Source of the DNA: Azolla caroliniana
Lineage: Eukaryota; Plantae; Polypodiophyta
Reading direction: 5' to 3'
Length of the DNA: 64,000 nucleotides
Assembly: GCA_043228905.1 (NCBI GenBank)
Contig: JBHGNT010000001.1
Coordinates: forward strand, 14,136,001 to 14,200,000
Shown: in pieces, positions 1 through 10,056 of the stretch
How the letters are laid out: every line of letters starts with the position of its first letter
Numbering within the stretch: position 1 is the stretch's first letter
Notes under the pieces: model-generated
What the model was told of the DNA's origin: nothing
The model's input: only the letters and a program-made list of their open reading frames with translations
Databases searched by the model: none
Position numbers and translations under genes: made by a program

Positions 1-610
1 AGAAATGGCACAGAGAGAGCAAGTGATGGAAGAAGAGAGACAATTGGGACAAAGCCGGATCGAGCGGAAGAGACGCAAGAAGGTGTCAGAAATCGCACTA
101 CGCCGAGGGCTCTGAACGAGCCGGAAGTGGATCAGGCTCAGCCTTCATAATGAAGCACGAGGCCAATTCGATGATTGTGAACACCTCGAAATTGAGCGAG
201 GTATGGTATGTTGATTCCGGAGCATTAGTCATATGACGAGTCATGAGGAATGGTTCTTGTACTTGGAGAAACCGGAAAAACAAGGAGTGATCGAAACGGG
301 AGACGACTCTCTGTATACTATCGAACATGTTGGAGAAGTTCCTCTCAGCCATGTCAGACAGAACATGAAACTTATGAACGTGTTGCACGTCTCGACAATA
401 ACCAAGAACCTGGTGTCGGTCAAAAAGATTTTCGCCCAAGGGTTGCAAGTTCGATTCATGCACCTCAAGTGCTACATCGAAGAGGAAGGCCAAGTTATTG
501 TGCAAGGGCGTCGTGAAGGGAGGATGTTCATCGTCGACACCAATCAAGCCGGAACCGCGCTGTTCGCGAAAGGACAGAAGGTCGAGTTGGACATCGATTT
601 GTGGCACCGT
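1..610 (+). pseudogene. Copia-A gag-pol fragment (end of Gag zinc knuckle, aspartic protease, start of GAG-pre-integrase), truncated
   Basis: EVWYVDSGA protease motif at ~198-225; ORF 233-691 MTSHEEWF...DIDLWHR closely parallels the copy at 1900-2310. Confidence 0.9.
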
Positions 611-805
611 ACTTCTAATAGTCCCGTGTGGACTTGTATAAATAGCGCTGATGAGCGTGTTGTAGATACAGAGCACAGAGTATTCATGTAATTTTGGAAA
701 ATAGTGTGTCCTGCTCTCTCTCTCTCTCTCTCGCGTACTCTCTCTCTCTCTCTCTCTCTCTTTGTGTATTGTTCTTTCTAACGCTTCCGCAAGCAATCTT
801 TAACA
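611..805 (+). repeat. 3' part (TATA/R/U5) of a Copia-A LTR with (CT)n tract
   Basis: TATAAATA at ~637, CT microsatellite 713-760, ends TAACA immediately before the PBS; no recognisable 5' TG end. Confidence 0.75.
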
Positions 806-817
806 TGGTATCAGAGC
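806..817 (+). promoter_or_regulatory. Primer-binding site, tRNA-iMet
   Basis: TGGTATCAGAGC. Confidence 0.95.
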
Positions 818-900
818 GCGTGGGTTGAGAACCTCTGCTGCAGACATCTATGCTTGTGAAGGAAACCCTAACAGATCAGAAAACAAACACAAAAGGAGAA

Positions 901-3206
901 ATGGACAGAGGTATGGGTACGTCGCTCTTGGTGGAGAGGCTCGACAGAACCAACTACGCATCTTGGTCATACAAGATGCACCAGTACTTGCCTGGGCATG
1001 GCTACTAGAGTTATGTCGACGGAGTGAACGACTCAGCATCGGAGACGACACACAAGGACTTCCTAGTGTGGGAACAGGCGGCAAGCAGGGTGAGTACTGC
1101 TTTGCGTCCAGTGTCCGTGACCAGTTGCTCAGCCATATTTGTGATGCCAAGACACTGAAGGATGCTTGGGGAAACTTGAAAAAGGTCTTCGCCGCAAGCA
1201 CCAATGCCTGGAAGCTGCAACTCAGACAAGAGTTGAGCAATGTTCGACAGAAGAACATGTCGGTGGCAGATTACACAGCCCGGATCAAAGGGATCTGTGA
1301 CTCGCTTGCCTCTCAATTAACGTCACCGTAGAGGAAGACGAGATGGTGCAGGTCTATCTTGGAGGCCTGGCGTCCAAGTTCGGAGCTTTCCGAACTACGG
1401 TTTGTACAAGGGAGAATACACCCTCATTTTTCGACTTACAGTCGATGCTCCTTGTAGAGGAGAACCACGCCGGTGCATCTACCAGTGCATCCCCAGATAG
1501 CCGGATGCTGTACACGGGAGCGGATCGGTACCGTGAGCGTGGTGGACGAGGCAGGTTGGCACGCAATGGAGGCGGCCGGCAAGAGCAGGAACGAAGGCAG
1601 AGTGAGCGTGCCGACAGTAGTTCTGGGACTTCCACAAGCAGAGGGAGTCAAGGTGGTGCTGGAGGCCGGCAAGACAAATCCGCTACGGAATGCTCGTATT
1701 GTGGCAAAAAGGGCCACAGGGAAACCGAGTGCTGGAGAAAGCATGCCGATTCGGACAAATCCGGATCCGGCAAGACCGGTAAGGAAGGCCGGCAAAGCTC
1801 GCACTACGCAAACGGATCGGGAGGATCCAAGAACGGTAAGGGGCCAACCTTGGTGATGAAGCACAAGGCAAACTCGATGAAGAAGACCACTTCCAAATCA
1901 GAGGAAGTGTGGTACGTTGACTCCGGGGCATCGAACCACATGACGAGCCACGAGGAGTGGTTCTCCTTTTTGGAGAAGCCGGATCAACCGGGAGTTGTCG
2001 AAAACGGAGATGACACTCCACCCGATCGTGCATGTCGGAGAAGTCCCTTTGAGCCACGTCGAACAGAGGGGGAAGCTGATGAATGTATTACATGTTCCAA
2101 CGATCACGAAGAACCTGGTGTCGGTCGGGTAGATCGTCCACCAGGGGATGCAGGTGCGGTTTACGCACCTCGGGTGCTTCATTCAGGATGAGGGCGAAGT
2201 TATTGCGCAAGGGTGCAGAGATGGGAGGATGTTTATCCTCAACACCAATGACGTCGGCACCGCACTGTTCGCCAAAGGACAGAAGGTCGAGTCGGATATC
2301 AACTTGTGGCACAAGCGGATCGACCACGTCAACTACCGGAGGCTTCAAGACCTGCAAACGGAACAAGTCGTTCTCGGTTTGCCGAATTTTAGCGGCCGGA
2401 GAGCCAAGATTTGTGAAGCCTGCCAACTCGGGAAGCAACACTGGCTTCCATTCCCCACCGAAAGAAATCGAAGCCGTAACAAGCTCGATCTTATCCATTC
2501 GGATGTGTGGGGATCGGCACAAAATGTTAGCATTGGCGGGAGTCGATATTTCATCTCCTTCATCGACGACTACACGCGACATACATGGATCTACCTCATT
2601 GAGCGGAAGAGCGAAGTCTTCGAGTGTTTCTGGAGCCTCCAGAAGATGGTGGAACGGGAATCGAAGAGGAAGTTCAAATGCCTACGGTCGGATGGCGGAA
2701 AAGAGTACTTTTCCAGCCAATTCAACAACTATCTGCAACAAAAAGGAATTCGGCGAGAATTCAGCTGTAGATACACACCGCAACGGAATGGTGATGCGGC
2801 TAGGGCAATGCTTGAGGAAAAGAGCATGGCCAAGTTCTACTGGGCGGAGGTGGTCCAAATGGCCGTTTACATCCAGAACCGGATCGGGGACAAGGTGTCA
2901 GCTCACGAGCTGTATTTCGGGCGCAAGCCAAATTTGAGACACCTCCGGATATTCAGCAGCATAGCTTATGTACATGTGCCGGATGAGAAGCGGAGAAAGG
3001 TGGATGCAAAATCAGAAAAATGCATCCTGATCGGCTATGCTCAAGAGCAAAAGGGTTATAAGTGTTATAACCCCTGGACGAAGCAGGTTCGAGTCAGCCG
3101 AGATGTCGAGTTTGATGAATCAGCATCATGGTATTCCTTACCAATTCCGACTTCCGATCCCGATCCAATGTCGGAGGATGGGGCTAGTGAGCTTGAACCG
3201 GCCTAG
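901..3206 (+). pseudogene. Copia-A gag-PR-integrase, frameshifted, truncated before RT
   Basis: LDRTNYASWSYKMHQY Gag start, CSYCGKKGHRETEC knuckle, WYVDSGASNHM, LDLIHSDVWG...IDDYTR...RSDGGKEY integrase core. Confidence 0.92.
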
Positions 3207-3450
3207 GTAGAAAAAGATGAAGTCGGGACTCAAGATGAGAGGGTACAAGATGTCCTCCCCCTTCCCTCTTTTATAGATGTTCTCATGCATATGATGCATG
3301 TGAGGGTACAAGACATGCATAAATTGCATGTTTGCCATTTGGCGCTTATGTATTACATGTGGTGCATGATAACCATGTCACTCATTTTAGTTCTCATGTA
3401 TGAGAATTTACATGTAAAAGTACAATGATAGAAATATAATTTCAACTAAA

Positions 3451-3515
3451 TAGCATGGCTTAATGGTAAGCCAATTGACTCCTAACTTGGAGGTGCAAGG
3501 TTCGAATCCTTACTT
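3451..3515 (+). ncRNA. tRNA-derived (SINE-head-like) sequence with Pol III A and B boxes; not a functional tRNA
   Basis: A box TGGCTTAATGG (3456), D arm GCTT-AATGGT-AAGC, loop CT-CCT-AA, T arm AAGG-TTCGAAT-CCTT; acceptor and anticodon stems do not pair. Confidence 0.7.
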
Positions 3516-3569
3516 TCCCTCCTTGTATATGTAAATATGTATATATATTTATATATTTATTTATCTAGT

Positions 3570-3845
3570 CGCCGGACGCCGGTTCGCCGGATGCCGTCGG
3601 TTACCGGTGCCGTCGCCGGATGCCGTCGGTTACCGGTGCCGTCGCCGGATACCGTTGCGTCGCCGGATGCCGTCGCCGGATACCGGTGCGTCGCTTGATG
3701 CCGTCGGTTACCGCTACCATCGTTGGATGCCGTCGCCGGATACCGGTGCACCGCCGGATGCCGTCGGTTACCGGTGCCTCGCCAGATGCCATCGCCGGAT
3801 GCCGTCGGATCACCGTCGCCGGATTGCCGCCGGATCACCGTCTCC
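3570..3845. repeat. GC-rich compound minisatellite (12-nt GCCGTCGCCGGA/T and 15-nt GCCGTCGGTTACCGG/T units)
   Basis: Directly visible alternating units. Confidence 0.9.
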
Positions 3846-5033
3846 ATCGTTGGTCCGGTTTTGGTTGGCCAAAACCCTTTACGAGTAGCTAGCCCACCTC
3901 CACTCTTAGTTCAAGTTACCTTGAACTCTCTATGTTCCACACATAGACACAAAGATAATATCTTTTGCTCCACCTTATATATGATGAGAGCTGTATTTGT
4001 CGTGCCTATATGGGATATCTCACAATTTTCTCCTTTCCTTTTACAAACTTTATACCCTCATATCTTAACATTTAGTTGTCTGTTTCTCGTGTAATAAAGT
4101 GCGTTCGAAACCTCCATCATTTTGTACTTAGATATTAAATCTATTTAAAATGTTATCTTCACAATTATTGTACTACGTGATTCATACTCGATTTTGTACG
4201 TTTTATGGGATTTTCACACTATTGCCGAAAATCTTCACGACATCCACCCCCACCAAACCGCACGTCCTCCGGTACGTGCCAAGAAGAGAAGTGAGATTTC
4301 GGCTACGATGATCAATTAGATTCCTCCATGTCTTCATTTTCATCCGGCCTATTATGTTCATCGTCGAGGTAATCGAGGTCAGGATCCTTGTCTTGTCTTT
4401 TCTTGAAAATCTTTACTCTTTTTCCCGCAATGGGTACAGCCAACCTTGATCCGTCTAGTTCCGCAAGGTGGTATGTGGCATTATCGTTGGCACTTGTCAC
4501 CACATACGGCCCGAACCATCTTCTTGCGAACTTCCTTGTTGTACTGTGTTGATTGTCAAGGGTGCTGTCGTAAACCAAAACCCAATCCCCTTCTTCAATC
4601 TTCTTGGGACGAAGTCGATGCGTGTTGTTGAACCGAACTTTGTTCCTCCATTTTGAGCATATCCATTCTTTCCACCCGAACCATTGTCGCCATCCGATCT
4701 ACCATAGTCTTCATTCACTGTTTACATGGCCATGGATAACGGCTCCTCGTGTTCCTCTTGAGCATAACCTTTCATGTCTTGTGCATGTGCCATACTTCCC
4801 ACTTTTTCCACCTTTGTGATATAATCTCGCGTTAGAGTTGAAAATCTTCATGTTATAGCCCTCCTTTGTTGAGATCTCATCCTTGGTACCACCCTTCAAA
4901 TTTGCTTGGCCCGCTTGGTCCTTGTCATCCTTTGTAGTGCACCTGCTTGACCTCTTCCTCATAATCGTTAGCCTTGATCTCTTCGACCTCTGATTGAGTC
5001 GGAGTAGCTTATGTCTGAATCGGTCTTGTCCAA

Positions 5034-6335
5034 TCAGCTTCCGTTCTGATTCGTATTCGGCCGATTTGGACTCAGTTGATCGGTTTTTACCGATTTGGCC
5101 CCCTTTTGGGTCAGTTTTGACCAATCAGTTTCTGTCCGGATTTGTTTCTTTTTCTTTGATTTCACCGGCCTCGACCGGTTTGACCTCTGACACTTCTTTC
5201 CATTGTCCGTTGTGTAGGTCCTCCGATTGGGCCCCCAATCACTCTGATCACACGCTGGGTTCTGCCCCTCGCGTGTCGCCTTCGTTCCTCGTTTGGCTCG
5301 ATCGTCCCCTCGTCCTGAGCATCTTGTCGTGCTATCTCTCTCCATTCCGCGCTTGCCTTCCATAGGGTCTACCCACATGTCGATGTCGACCTTCGAATAT
5401 GCCCTTGCTCTTAGGCCCTCGTGCGGTTGTAATGCACACTTCATTTTTCGCCGTAATGCTTGCGTCGTATTACGCCATAGTGCATGCTCCGTATTACGCG
5501 CTTCTCCCGATGCAGACCCGACCTCCGCGTTGTCGTGCTTTCGTTTAGATCGGAATTTCGGACAAATCATCTTCCATCCGAACCAGCTTCCAACTTTACC
5601 TTCCTCGCCGTCATCTCCCGTCTCTCCGGTCTCATGTTGGACACAAATCGCTGAAGTCTCTACGATTAGTGGGCAAGAATCCTCGGTATTATCGTTCTTC
5701 ATTGTTTCACCCATAGCCACCTTCTCGGCTATATCTTCGTCATATGCATCGTATTCGAACTTTGTTTTCTCTCCGCCACCTTCCATCTCTTCGGTCTCAC
5801 GTTGTCTTTCGAATGCAAATGTCGAAGTTTCTAGAACTAGTGGTGGGAAAGTCTTCATACGGCCATCAGCCATTGATTCGTCCATAGCCACCTCCGATTC
5901 GATGTCATCTTTCGTGGCGACCTTCTCAATAAAGTCCGCCTCGCACTCTTTATCTCCCTCGATAATGCAAGCATCCCTTATGCTTACCCCTTTTTCACCC
6001 AATGTTTCTGATACTTGTATTCCGAAACCTTCTTCCACCCTTGAAGTGGTGTTTCCCACTCTCAAGTCATCGGTCTTATCCTTAGCCATTGTTATTTCGC
6101 AAGAAAAGAGGATGCCTTGTTCTATCCCCTCTCCCGTGGTACTGACGTATCGTACTTCGGCCTTCGTATCAGCCACATTCCTTAATCGATCATCCCTTAT
6201 AGGCCATGTTGTTGCCGATGATATTCTCATCTTCCTCTTATCATGTCTTCGGCATACTCTTTTGACTTCAACCCAATCCTCGGTAAGGCCATTTGCACCA
6301 TCATCATCTTCGAGTTCGATCCCGATGTCCATCAT
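5034..6335 (-). CDS. Gag C-terminal part with a long acidic insert (433-aa open frame)
   Basis: GLTEDWVEVKRVCRRHDKR matches GLMTDWAAVKRVCGRFDKR of ORF 31167-32318, then unrelated D/E-rich sequence. Confidence 0.55.
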   Translation of the reverse strand: MMDIGIELEDDDGANGLTEDWVEVKRVCRRHDKRKMRISSATTWPIRDDRLRNVADTKAEVRYVSTTGEGIEQGILFSCEITMAKDKTDDLRVGNTTSRVEEGFGIQVSETLGEKGVSIRDACIIEGDKECEADFIEKVATKDDIESEVAMDESMADGRMKTFPPLVLETSTFAFERQRETEEMEGGGEKTKFEYDAYDEDIAEKVAMGETMKNDNTEDSCPLIVETSAICVQHETGETGDDGEEGKVGSWFGWKMICPKFRSKRKHDNAEVGSASGEARNTEHALWRNTTQALRRKMKCALQPHEGLRARAYSKVDIDMWVDPMEGKRGMERDSTTRCSGRGDDRAKRGTKATREGQNPACDQSDWGPNRRTYTTDNGKKCQRSNRSRPVKSKKKKQIRTETDWSKLTQKGAKSVKTDQLSPNRPNTNQNGS

Positions 6336-6881
6336 TTCTTTTCAATCGATTGATCTTACGAACATTAGGACTTTATCCTCCCCCACCAAACTTTGATCCC
6401 GCTTCGAGAGTCGAGCAAAACGAAGCTCGAACTCTAGGAATGCTTGTGTTGCACTTCAGTGGGTCTTCTCTGATGCCACCCATTCGTCGAACTCTCGCCG
6501 ATCTCATCCCTTTGATCTCTCGTAGTCATATGCCTCTCGTCAAGCTTCTTCAAAGAACCCCCATGTCGGGTTTTGTTGTCGTATCTTGTGGATTCTCTCT
6601 TGTAGCTCATCCGTAGCCACCCGACTGAAGGATATCACTTGCAATCCTTCTGATACCCCACATCACATCATCTCCGCCTTGTAGTCACATAGATAGCGTG
6701 ACACATCATTGACGTTGAATTGCTCGTTTCATTGCACAAGCCACTCTACTGTCGACTTCATCTCCGACATCGCATGTTGTTCTTGTTGCATCCGCGCAAT
6801 CATCATCATCATTATGCTCATTGCCTCTTGTTGATTCTCCATATCCTTGCCACCCACTTTCACATCGGCTTCACCACCTTG

Positions 6882-7346
6882 TGTTGTGTCTTTCGGTGCC
6901 GGATCGTTGCGTGAGTCAGGTGGGAACCGCTGGGGTTTTGGACTAGGAGGAGGAATAATTTGAGACTAATTAGAATATAGATAGGTTGTAGGAAAGAGAT
7001 ATAGAAACCTCGTGAATCCCACGAGTGTATTGTATTAGATTAATCAATATTAAGATAATAATATGAATTTAGATAGAAAGAGAAGGATTCACAAAATAAA
7101 CTATACTCTTGAATCCCACGAGTATAGTTTATTTTGTGAATCCTTCTCTTTCTATCTAAATTCATATTATTATCTTAATATTGATTAATCTAATACAATA
7201 CACTCGTGGGATTCACGAGGTTTCTATATCTCTTTCCTACAACCTATCTATATTCTAATTAGTCTCAAATTATTCCTCCTCCTAGTCCAAAACCCCAGCG
7301 GTTCCCACCCGACTCACGCAACGATCCATCGCCGAAAGGCACGACA
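6882..7346. repeat. 465-bp palindrome made of two inverted LTR U5 halves
   Basis: Arms 6882-7108 and 7120-7346, 11-nt loop; about 6 mismatches, all in the outer 40 bp. Confidence 0.95.
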
Positions 7347-10056
7347 ACGTACCAACAAAGTTTGTGGTAAACGAGGGGGAAATAAGCACACTTGACATGT
7401 ATGTTCCTTTTAAAAAAACATATATGGGAAATGCCTCGCATAAACCCTAAACCCCATTAAATATTAAACATTCAAGAAGAGCAACCTACTTGGTTGGCTC
7501 CAATGTTTAACGTATTTGTTCTTGAGGTATCGAGTTCAAATATGACCAAGACCATACAACATCTTTGATGCATATGACTATAACACATATTTAGACTTGA
7601 GGTCTAAGTGTACTTCCGGGTCCTCATAATAGGACGTAAAGAGCCGAAACCATATATGTGGGCATCGAAACATATTGTTAACATTGTTTTCGTGTATAAA
7701 CTATTCATGACGCGAATATACATGGTTGAGCCTTGGGCAGCCACCATGAAAAAATTGATATAGAGATAAGGGAAAGACATTAATTTTTCACCCCCATCGT
7801 TTTTAAAACACCTTTGTGTTACCAAAATAACCTGATCTTGAACCTTGTCTCATACGTCTAAAGGGGTATTGATGTGAGATCATGATATCGATTAATATTG
7901 GCCCATGATATGTTTACATCATGACTTGATGTTATGACTATTTGTCTAACCTTATCCTATTTCTTTGCCAGAAATAATCTTTCAATGGCTCAAAATAACG
8001 AACCGACGTCATCCGCTCAAGCAGAAGGAACTCAAGGAAATCCTCCTAGACAAATGTCCATTGAGATGTATTCTTCACAAATAAGCCAATAACTTAGTTT
8101 CACCGCTCAACAGATGACCGAACTTCGGCAATCTCAAAGTGCTCTTGAGGCGCGTGCCATTAGTTTACAACATGAGACTAATAGACCTGATGAGCGACAG
8201 GGTAAACCATCGTTTGTCGTTAAGCCATTTACAGGAGAAAATAAGGAAAGAACCGAAGAAGCAATCTGCACGTGGCTCAGCCGATGGGAGTTTCATTTTG
8301 AGATCTATCCCACGCTAGATAGTACGAAGATTTCATATGTCGGCCGAGAACTAGGGGGTAAGGCTTCCGCCGAGAACTAGGGGTTAAGGTCGTCGCTTGG
8401 TGGTGTGTGCTCCGAACTTTGGGGAAATTGCCCGATACTTGGACATAATTTGTCACAGTTTTTAAGGGCCAATTTCTGCAACCTCCCTCTCGAACTGAGG
8501 CAGCACAAGATTTAATGAACCTCTCTAGCATGAAGTTTTCCTCTCTAGAATAATATGTTCACCATGCTAGAAGCCAAATCCAAAAATTGGGTCTAGAAGG
8601 GGACAATTGGTTAATAGCTTGTTTTGTCAATGGCATTCCCAATTCGGACTATAACTGGATAGTGCACGATAAGGCTCCAAAATCCTTCGAACAGGCCATT
8701 AAAATAGTTCTTCGCTATCAACGCACTTTGAAGAAGGACCACAACAAACCCAACGAAGCGCTCAAGACTAATTAGTCACAATTCGCTGGGAAATACAAGA
8801 CATCCAACGAATTCATGGATCACGATTGTAAGCGACAACATCCTTTTTGCATATTCTGCAAAAAGAAGGGTCATACAAAAGAGCAATATCGAAAGCTCCA
8901 ATGGAAAGAGCACGACAACAAAGCTAAAGCTGCAGACTATAAAGGTCAGATTCCTAATGTCCTTCAGGTCTATACACATCATTTAAGTAATTGTCAATGT
9001 TCTTTCCCTCACTATGTATTGGGTCCCAATGATTTACTACGTGCAAACGGGTAGATATCAATGGATCTCCCGTACAATTTTTGTTTGATTCGGGAAGCTC
9101 ACACAACTTTGTGAATGATCGTTTGGTTCAGATATGGGGAATCCAACCCACCGTAAGTGATCACACCTATACGGTGCACTTGGCTGATGGAAGAGTACAA
9201 TACATCAACGGGGTGATTCATTCATTACGAATTTCTATTGATACTTATATAGAGGAAGTAGACTTCCGTGTAATGAATCTTTGTACCACTGATGTAATAC
9301 TGTGTTGAAATTCATCTTGTCTTTCATGTGAGTCGTCTAAAAGAACTTCTAGGTTCTGCCGTCAATACAGTTACAACTGAAACTCTGGTTACTTTTGAAG
9401 AATTATCTTCTAAACCACATGTACCAGAAAGAATTCTCGATGTTAAAACCAAAAAATTACGTACTAAAGAAATCCAAGAATTTAAAATAAAATGGATGGA
9501 TAAATCAATAAAAGATGCCATAGGGGAACACAAAAATACTCTCAAAACTAACTTCCCTAACTTTCCATTGCAAGAGTGCAATGTGTTAAAGAGGGGGAGT
9601 ATGTTACTGGTATGACCATATAATATCCCGTGGTGAGAATTTACAGTAGTATTCTATACACGTGGATAAGTGTGAGGGTTAAACGAGAGTGTAAAGAAGG
9701 GGAGGATTACTTTTAATCCTCGGGATTGAGACAACCCATTATGCGAAGTGTGAACTGGCCTGGGGGCCTTGGGTATCGCTATAAATAGGAGGCCTAACTA
9801 CCCTCATTTGATCATCTTGTTGACTACGTCGAGACTCTGTCTTGTGGTGGGTCAACTCTTGTAGCGAGCGCGCCAACACCAGGTACGACTTGACGCCACG
9901 ACGGTGGTATGGGATGCCAATCGAGGCTCGAGTCCGTCTCGATCCCTTCGCTCGAGGGTGGTCGGGTGGATCGACACCTTTCTTTCTCTCTCTCCTTTCT
10001 ATCTAGATCTATATTCTATCGTTATCTAATGCTTACATTAGTCTATGTCTCTAATA
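7347..10056 (+). mobile_element. Chromovirus (Ty3/Gypsy) copy: partial leader, gag, PR, large internal deletion, chromodomain, PPT, 3' LTR
   Basis: Gag ATG 7985, CIFCKKKGH knuckle, LFDSGSSHNF protease, jump at ~9303 to HVSRLKELLG...PERILD...FKIKWMD, PPT AAAGAGGGGGAG. Confidence 0.88.
9602..10056 (+). repeat. Chromovirus LTR (TG...TA termini)
   Basis: Follows the PPT; homologous to 19928-20383 (minus) and 20766-21222. Confidence 0.92.

Larger units (their letters stand above)
3236..4070 (-). mobile_element. Putative truncated LTR of an unidentified element, carrying a tRNA-like module and a GC-rich tandem array
   Basis: Minus strand starts TGTTAAGATATGAG at 4070; TATAAAAGAGGG box on minus strand near 3275; interrupts the Gypsy LTR to its right. 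Confidence 0.5.
4071..7346 (-). mobile_element. Non-autonomous Ty3/Gypsy related to the tRNA-Trp-primed family: gag plus integrase tail, no PR/RT/RH core
   Basis: PBS TGGTGAAGCCGATGTGAA (6876-6859), Gag homology 6730-6240, integrase tail VYDSTLDNQHSTTRKFARRWFGPY (4312-4578), PPT then LTR start TGTCGTGAAG at 4242. Confidence 0.8.

Noticed and set aside
646-680. Hammerhead ribozyme (CTGATGAG) in an LTR, as in retrozymes
   Set aside because: No correctly placed GAAA or closing stems
3451-3520. Functional tRNA-Arg(CCT) gene
   Set aside because: Acceptor and anticodon stems do not pair; reported only as tRNA-derived
3557-3892. Repetitive ORFs on both strands, or a CRISPR-like array
   Set aside because: Open frames arise from 12/15-nt GC repeats; no unique spacers, no cas genes, eukaryotic context
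5293-6396. 367-aa Ser-rich + strand ORF
   Set aside because: Antisense shadow of the acidic Gag-related frame
7440-7454. TAAACCCTAAACCC telomere-like motif
   Set aside because: Only two units; at most a telo-box
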